DNA of 64,000 nucleotides from Asterias rubens (lineage: Eukaryota). Below are positions 13,211 to 26,385 of the stretch, piece by piece. The notes under the pieces were generated by a model. That model was not told the DNA's origin and ran no database searches. It saw only the letters and a program-made list of their open reading frames with translations. The position numbers were made by a program, and so were the translations under genes. Position 1 is the first letter of the stretch, and every line of letters begins with the position of its first letter. The DNA lies in NCBI RefSeq assembly GCF_902459465.1, contig NC_047073.1:16430001-16494000 (forward strand), given 5' to 3'.

Positions 13211-16200
13211 CTGTCAGTACCTTTTAGAAAAGATTTTATCGACAGACTAAACCTTTAGGTTATATAGGAAAATTTACTTTTTCCTCCTTAGTCTTGCCTG
13301 CTCCATATCTTTTTTATATCTCTTTTGTGTTTAATTTAATTGAATTAGTGGAGAAAAATAAAACTATGATAAGTTACAACTGCCAACATAAAATCCAGCT
13401 GGCCCAATTTTATGGAGCCGCTAACAGGCCTGATACTTCACGGAGGCAACGGAGGCGATTGCCTCCATTGCCCCTTGCCATTGCCTTGGTGCCCTTAAAA
13501 TGCTCCAGTAGAAATCTACAATTTCCTCATAAGGTGCCCTTTGCCAAAGAGAAAATGCCTTGGTGCACTCGCCCTTTCAAAAATGAAGCATACAGCCCTG
13601 CGCTAAACAATTTTGCTTTAATAAAACGATAACATTACCAGCCAAAATACAATGTAACTATGTCACCTACAATGCTACTACAGCACAATTCATCATGTCA
13701 TGATGTCAGGTACATTCTATGGTCAATACACACACATCACCAATAGCTACTTAAAAGCACACTAGTAGCCTAACATGTAAAAACTAGCACTCCATGAATA
13801 CAAGGTTATTACCTCCATAATGTAAAGAGCTACAATCTTAGAGTGGGCGCTAAGGCGCTTTGACTGGAAATGCTTGGGTGCCTTTATAGAGCTAGCACAT
13901 TACTCAGCTGCTCAATACAAGCTTACATGTATAGTTGAATTCCAAAACACTAAGGTTGTAGTTTGTTAACACTTTAATGTTATCAGGAGGTTCAGCTGGG
14001 CCCAGGTACTTCTATTGTCATTATTGTGTCGACCTTTAAGCTCTGACTGCGTAGGAGGAACATTCGAAAATAACAACTAAGAATGGAACGTCTGTGTTTA
14101 CAGTACGTCTTTTGTTGACAGAAAAAAGTGCGGGCTTGCTTCTCCAGCAAGGCAGGAAAAAACACAATCATTTGCTGGTGATATTTGCTTGCCTTCCTTT
14201 AAATACTTGGAAAGCAGCGATTTTACAGAGGCGTAATATTTTTAAATCAATTGGCTGAAAATATACTTCATAGTGTTTTATACCTATACAGGGCCTTTCC
14301 AACCAATCCAGTTTGAGGGCATTGAGTGGCAAATATTATGATCATATGTAAATAGAATCTTGAAGACATTCCATCCACTGCCCAAACAAAATGTACTAAC
14401 CCTCAATTGGAGAGCTTTTAAACATTGACCAGAGACTTCAGGAATGTATCCTAGGATCTTTCCTTGGCATCTGATGGTCTGGTCAATGCCTACTGGAATA
14501 CATCATTTGTGATCATTATTGAACAAGTTTGAAAGCCAAAGATACCCTAGGATAGTAGGATAGTGCATTGACCTATCCATTGCTGATATCTTGTTTTTCT
14601 TCTACATCCAAATACCAATAATCCTGACACTTAAAAGGTCAGACTGTTGTTTAGCCCTTCCTTTAAGGGTCTATGTACTCTTTGTAGGACAAAAAAACAC
14701 AATGTCTACAGATTTACATAAAACCTACACGGTTTAAAGATAATGATAGTATAAAGCTTCCCTGAAAATATTACTTTCTGAGGTGCTGTAGTTTTTGAGA
14801 AATGAGTGAAACAATGCCATGAAAATAATTTTCGTCTCAGTGATCATCAGAAGAAAATTAATTTTAGCATGTAAAAATGTATTTTTATGACATTGTTTTA
14901 CTCATTTCTCAAAAACTATATCACCTCAGCAACTAATATTTTAAGGTATGCTTTTTACTATAATAATATCTTTGAACGGTGTAAGTTTAATGTAAATCTG
15001 TGGACATTGTGTTTTGTGTACAAAAAGTACCCAAATCCTATATTTTAGAATGACAAAATGTAAGGAGGGCTATAAACTGCAAATTGAGAATATCACTACC
15101 AGTAAAAAATGTAACAAAACTATAAGCACATATATGTAAGTATACACAATTAATACAGCTATTGAGGATGAGGAGAGCTCACAAAGCTTCAAGAATAAGT
15201 TTAAAGCAAGTCAAATTATAACTCTGTTCTCATTGTTTTCAAGACAAACTTGATGAAACAAATTTGGGTTCGATTGGAAATCAAAATCCAAAATGCAATT
15301 ATGTTCTCTCCCAGAGGGACTCCAAGGTCAAATTTAGTTTTGTGATCCACTCATTTTCAAATATACTGCCAACACTAGACTAGAGTGAAATAGCTGAGAT
15401 GATAGAGCACCAGCACATATCTGGAGGTCACAGGCTTCTTCCTTTTAAGTCTCATTCTAAGAAAAGTGAACGTCATCGTTGTACTAGCCAATATTCCAAT
15501 GGAGAGAAAAAGGAAGGAAAGTTCAATTTTAAAATGTGGGAGGAAAACCCTGGAGAATTATTCAAGGGAAAACCCACGCAGTCATGTAAAAACTGAAAAC
15601 CCAATCCACCTAGTGCCCTCGGTGGGATTAGAACTTGGGTCCAAGAGGTGGAACGCAAGGCAAGATACCAATTAACCAACCTGAACGTACTTTTTAGCGA
15701 AGCATTCATCACAGCACTATGTAGAATGTAACTAGTTACAGTATAATGTCTTCATTACAAGTAACTCAAGGAAAGTTGTTTGTACTTACCAGGAAAAAAG
15801 TGGAAAGTTTTATTCACTTCAATTGGGGATAAGACGTATAGTACTTGTGTACTCTATCAACTCAAACTGCACAAGGACCAGGGTTTTTCTGTCTAAGCAA
15901 GATGAAATTTGGCCCAGACTGGTAACCACTAAGCCGAATACATAATTCAAGACATTTGGCTGGTACGGCCTTGATAGCCCATTTGTATGAATGGATCTAA
16001 GTTCTTAGAGAGTTTAGTCAACGGGACAGAAAAGTATAAATCAATGGGCAGCACATACATTTATTAATGAGAGTTAGATTAACAAAACAATCGACAGTTG
16101 ATAATAAACAATTCTTGGGATCTTATAAGAGTAGTCGATGGTGAATAAATGAAAGTAAATGGGTATTGACTATTAGCTGAATGGATAAATGATTACAGAG

Positions 16201-18769
16201 AGACCGAGCCATTCATTAAATGGTATCGCTTATCACTAATCAAAGATCAATAAGTAACTGTATGGTTGAGAAACTCTGTGTATAAAGAATAGGACAATAA
16301 GACCTTGGGTCTTCTTTCATAAAGCCACTTAGTGTGGGAAATTATCTCCATTAGCATAGATAATTTCCAATACTTAGATTTCAATAAATGTGTGACAGAC
16401 TTTCAATCTCATTCTTTCTCTTGGAATGTATTATTTTAAATTCACATGAATTACTAAAAAGCAGTAATTAACCGCTATGCAGTGAAATCTGGAGTTATAC
16501 GACAAATTAACCCTCCTACTACGGGTACCAATTTCCAGCGAGTTGACCAACCAGTTGGAATTACTCAACTACAATAGAATGTGGTCATAATTGTGCAGAA
16601 TTGACTATGTACATGAGGTTGTCTACCAGTTTAGACCAAGGACTTGAAGAAAAAGAGTGGGTGTTTGGACTGAGTGAGGGCGTCCAGGTTCTTTTTTGCT
16701 TACGTGAACAAAATTAATGACGAGATGCGCTATATTAAGTCACACAAAGGGGAACAAAAAGTCCTTGATTTACATACAGTGTCCACAAGCATGAATGTGA
16801 AATGTATTTGATGACAAAAATTATAATTTCCAGACTCTCTCACAATGGGCAACAGAGGGGGCTCTTCCTGTTTCTTTTACACACCTGACCGTAAACTGAA
16901 TTGGAATTCTATCCACCACTCTCCATTTACACTATGATCCATGTCACACTGACCCTGGTGGATACTGATTTTGTTATAGCGTTAAATAAACACAAGGCAT
17001 TGAAACTGACTGTTGAAGTGCATCTGTTGGCACTTTGTATTGCAGTCGTGCAAACCCAGGGGACAATGTACATATTATTGTTGTTGGGGTCAATGATCAA
17101 CTTGATACAGCTAACAAGATTGTGACCAATGTACAGTGTTAAAGACCAAGTAAAAAAAAGACAACAGCAGTGAACGGTTTCCGTTGGATAGCAGAGCAAA
17201 ATGCTACACAAAATTCGTCAGCTATCAAAAAAATCATCTATTGCTCCTCAATATTAGCATTCAGTCTGCACATCATTTGTTTAGTCCAAATATGAAATCG
17301 TTCCCTGAATAGTCCAGGTTTTGGTTCCTGTCTTTGATAAAAAAAAAAGTATACAGAGGAGAAGAGGAAAGCTTGAGTCCAAAAAGATATGTCAAGTGGT
17401 ATAAATGTGCATCCGGAAGAGCATTAAATTTGTAATACTGCTTTGTACATCATACTGATAGTATATTATATAAAGAGCAAACATCCTGATAATTTAAACA
17501 AACCAGAAAGGAAATTAATAGCATTTTATTGTTATGATTGAACCAATATTAGTGATAACAGGAACTACTCGTTTTCTTTATATGCATAGCTGATGTTTGG
17601 ATACTGACACACAAGTACTGTAAGAGAGCAGCACTATCAGTTTCTGTATGACTGTACAGAAGATTTGGGTCATTTTTTTATGTTCACAGAATTTCAAGTC
17701 ATACACTAAGCATATTTCACTATTCTGCAGCAAAATAAGGCCGTTTCCAAATTAGTGGCTACGATTAGGTTACCAAAACCACAATAAGCTGCCATTAGCG
17801 ACCCCTTAGAAACAGCCACAGCCGCCAAATCAGACACAGCCCCTATTCTCATTTCCCCTGAGATAACTTAGTGCAAATTAAGGATCCCCTGCTCCAGAAA
17901 ATAGGAAGAAATTTGTCCTAAATAGTTTTCATGTATCAACCCTTTAAACGTTTCACAAATTTGTTTTCTTCAGAAAATGCATTTTTAATAGTGATGTTTA
18001 AAAATCAAAAAGTGTACCTGGGACAAACTTTTATTCCAACTGCTCACTCATTGTTTATAAAACTTTTAAAAGTATCACAAAAGTCAAAGAGCAGTTGTTT
18101 TACAATTCCATATCAATCCTTTATCAATACAAAAACAGATAAATCTTGTTTACGATGACCCCAATTGATACTATGACCTCATGGTGTCAAGGACTGATTA
18201 GTTCTGCACTTAATGACAAAGTACACTTGTTGCTATTGTAAACACACAACAAACCAAACCATGAAAATGTCATAAATTCAACGTCTAAGAATAAGAAGCA
18301 TCTTAAAAGTTGGGCATGTTTTACATTCCAAAAAGACCTTTCCTGTGGGCACAAGCCTGCAATCCATTGGGCCACCAGAATGATCTTCAAGACCGAATCA
18401 CCGAGTCACAGTAGACTATATTGAGACTATATTATCGTTGGATGCCAGGAGTCTTTGCACTTCGTGACAAACCCCTGGCAGCAAATCAATTTTCCTTGTC
18501 ATAATCTTTTCCAACGTTTCTGGTGCCATACTTCCTCATTGGATGCTGTTACAATAGTAATACCAATTTGTATTATCCGTTGTGTTTCTCGAGTTTCCAA
18601 AAATGGTTTGCATTTTCAAGACAGCTCCTGAAGCTGTATGTTGTTGAGTCAATGCGTCACATGCAGGTGTGGAGAGGATTGCCTTCATGCCCTCAGTCAT
18701 GCCTTGGTGTCTCTTAAAATGGTCAAGTAGAATTTCAATTTCCCTCAGCACAGAGGTGCCATTTATTAC

Positions 18770-19111
18770 TAAGCTTGGGCGATATCACGATATTATCGAA
18801 TATCGCGATATTAATTTGGACACGATTTCGATATCGGATGGATTTGGTTTTAATCGAAATATCGATATATCGATTAAATATCGCGATGTATTTGCTAGCT
18901 GAGACATCTTGCACCCCATAGGTTTGGAGTAAAACCAGAAGAATAGGTCATTAGAACACCTCTCTTATGCTAGGACTGTCTCTTCTACAACTTTCACTTG
19001 GAGTTTTAAGACTGATGATGTCAAATTTCATTAATCGCGATTATATCGAATATCGCGATATATTGTCGGCGATATATCGTGAATAAAATAAATCTATATC
19101 GCCCAAGCTTA
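18770..19111. mobile_element. hAT-type MITE, 342 bp
   Basis: 16-bp TIR TAAGCTTGGGCGATAT / ATATCGCCCAAGCTTA; perfect 8-bp TSD TTTATTAC (18762-18769 and 19112-19119); subterminal ATATCG-rich repeats. Confidence 0.93.
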
Positions 19112-19583
19112 TTTATTACACCCAAAAAATGTCTTGCCTTTACAAGACCAGACTGAAAAAAGACTATACTGAACTATTTTGATTTGAACAACACTAAGTT
19201 GGAAAGTAAGAAAAGAATAATCTCATTTGCCTATAGATATAAATGGGCAAGTATACTTTGAAAAAAAACCCAATACTCAACAGAATTGAAAGAAAAATGA
19301 TATCTGACTTAAAGTCACCATTTGAATTTGGTTTTTATTGAAGTTACTGGACAGCGAGGTATTTTTATTCAATTTCATATCACAAGACTACCGGACTTAT
19401 CTAATTGTGAGTCTGGCCTGACACTAAAATACTGGTCTACATGAAGGATCTGCGGTCAATTGTAAATTTAAAGTCCTGTTTACGCTTACGAATTGCAGCA
19501 CAAACACTTCTTATTAAGATCCTTTGGTTGGACTGCCTGAAATGATACAAATAAAACAATAAAAACTAAAAACGGTCACTCAC

Positions 19584-19736
19584 CGAACTTGTTACAGTTG
19601 ATGACCTGTTGTGTCTTGTGCCAAGATCTTGAGTCACTGGGCTCTTCGATTCTCCTCCTTCCGTTTTTGAGTTTCCTTCTGGAGGCTTCTTCACTTTCTT
19701 AGAGCCAGAGAAGAGTTTTCTACTGACCACTGACAT
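19584..19736 (-). CDS. Putative first coding exon of an unidentified gene (exon 19584-19754)
   Basis: acaacag acceptor at 19755, gaaacATG at 19736, 51 open codons MSVVSRKLFSGSKKVKKPPEGNSKTEGGESKSPVTQDLGTRHNRSSTVTSS, then a strong gtgagtg donor. A candidate upstream non-coding donor gtgagtac lies at about 20930. No recognisable homology. Confidence 0.55.
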
Positions 19737-20461
19737 GTTTCATCAGAAATCACCCTGTTGTGTAGAACGTTTCTTTCAGCACATATTAATATGGCATGAC
19801 CTATAAGCAACGAACCACATGGAAAACTTTAAACTTATACTAATAGAAATACAGTCATTGATGAATGGAAGTCAAAAGTGAGTGATTATTACTAGGAATA
19901 ACATCCTTCTTACTCCCTTTTGCGGGGCTTCATACCTGTGGTAATAGTGGTTTATTCTACTTTTGCAGCTCTGACCCAACATAGCTTTTACTTTTGTTTT
20001 GGTTTTTGCATTTTGGTTCGTCCTCAGTTAGTTGTATTAATGTTGTATTGTTCCTTTTAAGATATTTATAGGTGTATTTCTTGTGTTTGCTTTCATGTTA
20101 TTTTGTACAAATTTATTATTTTGTTATGTTATATATATTTTTGTACATTTTGTGTTGTTTTGGTCGCATAGGCCTAAATAATGATAATAATAATAATAAT
20201 AATAAACTAAAACAATACAAAAGAACAAAGTAGGTAAGCCCATACTCGTAGAACTATGATGAGGTTAGTTCTAGGAGAAGGTAGCCCAATTCACTCGAGC
20301 TGTTGGACTCTGATATTGGTGCAGGTGGTAATACTGGTATGCCTGGTTCGGTTGTTTTTTGTGAATTCCTCATTCCAAACATGTCCAACAGAACTAAACA
20401 GACACATGCTGTAATGTATCCTGTAGGAGTGTATTGTTGAGTTTTGAGGTCGGTTTATAGT

Positions 20462-20695
20462 CGATGGTCGTGTGATGGAAATCTTGACGCGCAATCCTAA
20501 CTAAAAAAGCACAGTTTATAGTCATCGCTGAGGGAGGCATAAAAACTTTGTCTTTATTATGTGATCACGAGTCAAGATTTCCATCGTCCGAATCCTAACT
20601 AAAAAAGCACAGTTTATAGTCATCGCTGAGGGAGGCATAAAAACTTTGTCTTTATTATGTGATCACGAGTCAAGATTTCCATCGCCCCACCATCG
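20462..20695. mobile_element. Small MITE with an 88-bp internal tandem duplication
   Basis: Imperfect TIR of about 27 bp, cgatggtcgtgtgatggaaatcttgac / gtcaagatttccatcgccccaccatcg; internal segment aatcctaactaaaaaagc...gtcaagatttccatcg duplicated. Confidence 0.7.
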
Positions 20696-21764
20696 CGCGA
20701 CCAATTATTTAGCTCGGCCTTTACACATGTTACAACTACCAGTGCCACCGGTACCAATGACTACCTACAGCAGTTACTGTTTTTACAATAGTTAAAATTA
20801 ATGCTTATTACTTACTGTTGTTACACATGAACTTATCTTTTCATCGCATCAGTTTGATACCCATGTGCCCTGACCCTGTGTATACTTATAAAATAATCTA
20901 GTTCTAGAAACTATAACAGAGGCGTACTCACACTCACAGGGGAGCGTTGATCCTTGCTATCCCAGAACCCAGCTTTCAGTTCAAGAGCCTCCGATCGATC
21001 CACCCACACAACCCACAATTCTGCAAGCTTACAAAATTCTACACTGATGTGACCCTATATTAACTTCCTGAACTTCAGAAGAACCAAAACATCCCAAAGA
21101 ATTCTTCAAGAAAATGTACACACACAAAATACCGATGGATTTAGAATAAGGCAAGCACATTACCCCTCTATGCATTAACCCTATCCCTTGGTCATACTTA
21201 CGGAGGAAGTCAAAGTTCACAGTTAGCACAGATTCCTGACATTTGTAGACATTTATCGATTGCCAATATTCGGAGAAGTCAAGCGTTTCACACATCCAGG
21301 GTCGGCGGCCTGTGTGTATTATTTGGACACAGGTTCGGTTGTGCGTTGTAAAACGAAGGCACAACTTCTTAGCTGTCCCCCGTAAATGTATCGGGAGTTT
21401 GCCCACTGTTTGTGGAGTCTGCTGGGTACCTGTTAAAAAACGCCAAAATATTTCAGCCTACATGTGTCAAAAGAGGGCGCTGCTGCAGTTTTTAGTAAAA
21501 AATCATGTTGTTTTGCAGTTTAGAGTAGAGTTTATGTTTTATTGTTTTATTGTCAGTTTTACCAAGGGTCTGACAATAAAAAATCAACTTGACTGTTGTT
21601 TAACAAGTGGGAGTATATCAGCGACCAAGTCTAAATTTAACAAACTGCACTCAGTCTGCTCAGGGAGTCCCCCCCCCAAATAATAAAAATGTTTGAACAA
21701 AATGCCATTGTCCTCATTTTCATCAGAGATATCAAAGATATTAACTAACCCCTGTGGGTTTTAA

Positions 21765-22120
21765 AGGAACACGTTGCCTTGGATCGGTCGAGTTTGTATT
21801 TGAAAAGCGTTTGAAACCGTTTGTTATAAAATGCATATGGTTCAAAAGATGATTTAAAAGTAGAATACAATGATCCACACAAATTTACTTTGCGAACTAA
21901 CACGGTCGGCCATTTATGCGAGTCAAAAAGTTGACTCCCATAAATGGCCGACCCTGATAGTTCGCGACGTAAAAGGAAAACCACGCAATTTCGAGTGATA
22001 CTTGTGTGGATCATTATACTCTACTTTTAAAATATCTTTCTAATCATGTGCATTTTATAACAAACGGTTCCAAACGGCTCTGTATAGACCAACTCGTCCT
22101 ATCCAAGGCAACGTGTTCCT
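21765..22120. mobile_element. TTAA-flanked palindromic MITE family B (Kolobok-like termini)
   Basis: 20-bp TIR AGGAACACGTTGCCTTGGAT, TTAA on both sides, long internal inverted symmetry. Confidence 0.88.
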
Positions 22121-24959
22121 TTAAAGCGATGCTTGAAGTCATCGAGGTACCCTCCATGTTCACCCACATCCCCAAACTCAAATATTGCAGAAGAGCCCTT
22201 CGGCAATATTCTACAAAACAGTTTCTAGATATCAAAAATTTTAAACACTATGATAGCGTCCATTTGCTTTTAGGTTGTTAGTTGTAAGGCATGACAAAAG
22301 AAAACAATGTGCAGACACTTTTATTTAAAATCTTCCATTTAATTACAGGTCTCAAAAGTATTACACTATTCACAATAGAACAATTAACTGACACATGTAC
22401 AATGGGCAATTGATAACCACATTATTTTACGGTATTACACGGAATGCATTTTAAAATATTACAAGCGCAAGGGATCGCAATGATCATAGATGTTTCAGTT
22501 TTCTCAGTGATGTAACGTTACTATATTTAGAGTCTAAAAAGGCATGATAGAATCAAAGTTATCTTGTTCACCATTTTATTAACAGAAAAACTTAGTAAAG
22601 TACATTGAATTGATATTTGTGTCTAACTTGACCAAGGGATGGTACATAATTCAAGATAAAAACTTTGGACAAAATTGTCATACATTTTCCTGGCGCAAAA
22701 GTGTATACATAATCGGGAAATGAACCTAAAAATGTTATATGTAGGATGACAAATCTGCAGGTACCAAGGGGCAACATTATCAAAAGATCCACAAATATTT
22801 ATTCCCCATTTTCTTTTTAGGAAAAATAGGACCCAATTTCATGGAGCTGTTTCAAATGCATGTTTCGTTTAGATCTAAAGTTTGGAAAGCAAACAACAGC
22901 TTTCTTGTGTCAAGCTAAATACTTAGTATTTGATTTAGAAAATAGGTCGTTAATGATGTGTACCATCCCTTAAGGTCAAGAGACAGCTAAGACAGGAAAA
23001 TACTTCACACATAAAACACAATACAAAGTTTCAAATCCTACAATGCAACTTAATAAATGAAGAGTAATAAGCTGTGGTAATTCAGTTGACATAATTTAAA
23101 TTCATGAAGGTACAAATATAAATCAAGTAGTTCATCAATTAATTCAGCTTCGTTTACTATAAATGCATTAACAAATCTTGGCCCAATTTTATGAGTCTGT
23201 TAACCGCCGAATTCTGCGCTTATGGTCACCATTCTCCGCTTATGTGCAAGCACCTAATTTCTGCACTAGCTGTGTAAGTGTGGAATTCCTAGTAACGTGG
23301 AGTATGCACACGCATAAAGCACAATTCCCTGCTAACCCGTCAGATACCCTTGACGTAAGCACAAAATTCCCTGCTTCCAAGAGCGCCAAATCTTTGCTTA
23401 CGATGTAAGCAGAGCCCCAAAATGGAGTACATAACTTTCCAGACACAAAAACACACTGTAGGTTGAACACTGTGGAACAAATAAACTTAAAAAGAGGCAA
23501 AAATTACCTTTACTTTTAAACATTTTACGCAAAAAGTGTACAACTTCCCTTCCATTCAATCACAGATCAAAACAAATAGCACCACCACTTAAAAATCATA
23601 AACAACTAGGAAATGAATAATGTTTTACTGAGTAAATTTGATTTAATCCCAGAATATATATACATGTACTGACTGGTTTGGGGGGAAGGACATAATTGAA
23701 TAAACTGTGACAGCTTTATTGAAATATCTGATTGTCTTTCCGTGAAAAAGAGATGATTTTCCAACACTGAACTAGCCAGAGAGAATACTGACAGGTTCTA
23801 ATTTTGTTTAAATAAACATTTGGCCAGCGAGCCTATGTTAAGGGAGAATGATGATTGAACCATTTGTAAACCCAACAAGCTGTCTGCAACATGTTAGAAC
23901 ATGGTTCCATTTTACAGGCAGACCTAATATTTAATGGAGGCAACAAAAGCGATTGGCGCCATGCCCCCCGGTCATTGCCTTGGTGCTCTGGAAATGCTCC
24001 AGTAGAAACTTGCAGTTTCCTCATAGGGTGCCCTTTACCAAGAAGAAAATGCCTTAATGCCCATTATTTTTAATGCCCATTAGTGCTTTTATAGTTTTAA
24101 CTGCTTGTATAGTTCTATATTTTTATACTGTATGCCATGTTTTAATAATGTCCATCTGTAATGTCCCTTTTTGTCTCTTCGTAAATTGTGGCATCAGGAG
24201 ATTAACTCGATAGTAATTTAGTTTACTTTTTTAAAATCCTTCAGGGGTGCTGCTTTTTTTGTTATTGTATTGTATGTTCTTGTTTTTGTTTTCTTCTGTT
24301 CTTATTGTCTGTGCTTGAATTTTTGCCTGTGAAATTAATAAATGAAATGAAATGAAATGCCCTTAACCTTTCAAAAACGAAGCATACAGGCCTACACAGG
24401 ATTAATTAACGATTCACAGAACCATTAATGTCTGTACAATTATCATCTGTTGCCACATATCTGAGCTAGCTAATTATTTAATTTTAAAATTAATTAATAT
24501 TTCAATATTTCAAATGTTTCAATTTGAAACAAATGTTTGGTTTGGTTTTAGATATTACTTTGGGTATTGTGAAAATTCATGACATAATCTTTACTATGAT
24601 GTTTGTGATTTAATCACCATTCTGTATTTGCAGAATTTTATAGTTTGGAAGAATCCTTTATTGCATGATATGACCAGTGTTACAAACATTTCCTTGGTGC
24701 AGTATTACATAATGCAATGCTGTTATAACTGAAACTGCAGATAGTTTGCTACGGCTAAGCAGCCTTACAGATGGAGTTTTATAAAACGTACACATAGATC
24801 CTTTGGAGTTTGGGATAATCAAACAGAATATGTGAGTCATATTTCCCCAGCCAAGAGACCACTAACTCATCACTTTGTTCAGAGTAAATGAACAAAATTA
24901 TGGTAGTACTTTCGTTTGATCCTTTTCTTTGTATAAACTTTTTTGTTTCGGTTTCTTTT

Positions 24960-25030
24960 CCTCTCCAGCGCCTCGGATTAGTTTGCTAGATAGATGGCGC
25001 TATATAAATGCTTATTATTGTTATTAACTA
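24960..25030 (+). mobile_element. LINE (L2/CR1-like) 3' tail fragment
   Basis: agcgcctcgga...ggcgctatataaatgcttattattgttatt. Similar tails at about 5830-5900 (-) and 51465-51530 (+). Confidence 0.5.
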
Positions 25031-25199
25031 GGCATTGTACAAAAAATACACTAGACACAAGACACAGTTTTGGCACATCCATGTAAAAACGATCATGAGA
25101 ACAATTAGTATGAAACCCTTAAACATGGATCTGGCTTAGTCTTCAGGTCTGGCTTAGCCTCACCCCGCCAGTGTGAATCCTTGTGTCAAAAGCCACAGC

Positions 25200-25665
25200 T
25201 GATGCCTTAGTCCAGGCCGGAACCTCAGTCCAAGCCAGAGCCTCAGTTCAGCTGGAGGGACAGCCCTAGCCGAAGCCCTAGCTCAAGCCAGAACCTCAGT
25301 CCAAGTAAGGGCCTCAGCTCAAGCTGGAGGGACAGCCCTAGCTGGAGCCTCAGTCCAAGCAAGAGCCTCAGCTCAAGCTGAAGCCTTAGTCCAAGCCAGA
25401 ACCTCAGTCCAAGCAAGAGCCTCAGCTCAAGTCGGAGCCTCAGCTTAGGAAAGAGCCTCAGCCCAAACTATCACCTCAGCCCAAGACTATCGCCTCAGCC
25501 CAAGACTATCGCCGTAGCCCAAGACGTACCTTCAGCCCTAGCCAGAGGGACAGCCTTAGCCAGGGCTTCAGCTCAAGCCAGAGCCTCAGCTCAAGCCAGA
25601 GTCTCAGCTCAAGCCGGACCCTAATCCGAAGCCAGAACCTCACCTCAAGCCAAAGCCTCAGCCCT
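25200..25665. repeat. GC-rich 9/18-bp minisatellite (GCCTCAGCTCAAGCCAGA-like) downstream of the SNX stop codon
   Basis: More than 20 degenerate units with higher-order repeats of about 60-70 bp; codon-like periodicity. Confidence 0.9.
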
Positions 25666-26235
25666 CTAACAACATCAAATTTCTCAGCAAAAAGGAAAAA
25701 ATCCATCTCTGACAATCTCTAAGGCAACTTAGATAGGCGAGTTAAAAAGAGAGGCTTCTACCAAATTCTGATCTTTGTTAGACTTGAGATCAATCATTTT
25801 TTCAGTGAGCTCTTCTTCAAAACCTTCATTTTGGCTCAATCAAAAGTTCAAGCTTTCTTTTTTGCAGCTTAAGAGAATTGGTCCCAATTAATTTATGACT
25901 ATCAAACTTGGATATCCAGCACAAATTGAACATTATCAAATCAAAAGAGATTCCAACCTTATCAGCTATAAAAATATTACTTCAAATTATTTGCGCGATG
26001 ACAATTTTTGGAGACCCAATCTTAGGCCATGTACATTAAACACACACAATTGAGTCACAAGAATCCATAAAACCCCCAAACAAATCACAGATATTCAAGT
26101 CCCAATCAGAGGAACGCAAAAATCTGCGGCCCAGCAATTGATAATTTACGATATAATTTCGACGTACAAATTATTCCTATATATATATATATATATTTTT
26201 GTTTACAAAGGGGGAGTTTTAAAACAAGGCCTCTC

Positions 26236-26385
26236 TTACTCTTTCAAGTCATTCTGCGGCAAGTTGTTTTCTTCGGCGGCATGCATTGATGGTTCACTCA
26301 TCTCAAATAACGAGTTAACCAGCTCCTCATGAGGTTTCCTGTCTGACTTTAAGACTTCGATGACTTCCTCCCAAGCATCTAGACA
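26236..26385 (-). CDS. SNX30: SNX7/30 last exon
   Basis: ttcttctgcag acceptor; [49 protein letters not shown]. Confidence 0.92.
   Translation of the reverse strand, partial: CLDAWEEVIEVLKSDRKPHEELVNSLFEMSEPSMHAAEENNLPQNDLKE

Noticed and set aside
15789-15890. Strong minus-strand donor (gtaagta) and a similar 26-nt candidate at about 16703-16728 as further exons of the orphan gene
   Set aside because: The first has an in-frame stop in phase 0 and the second is tiny with no homology, so neither can be supported without transcripts.
18187-18390. LKIILV...ERSF peptide resembling a hAT dimerisation motif
   Set aside because: Only a few residues match and no upstream transposase sequence is recognisable.
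21029-21406. ORF containing HTGRRPWMCE, resembling a C2H2 zinc-finger linker
   Set aside because: The second Cys and the paired His spacing are missing, there are no neighbouring fingers or splice sites, and a single motif is compatible with chance. The region may instead be the 5'/promoter area of the orphan gene.
25506-25715. Minus-strand ORF with LRLWLE repeats
   Set aside because: It is a by-product of the 18-bp minisatellite, with no supporting splice or start context.
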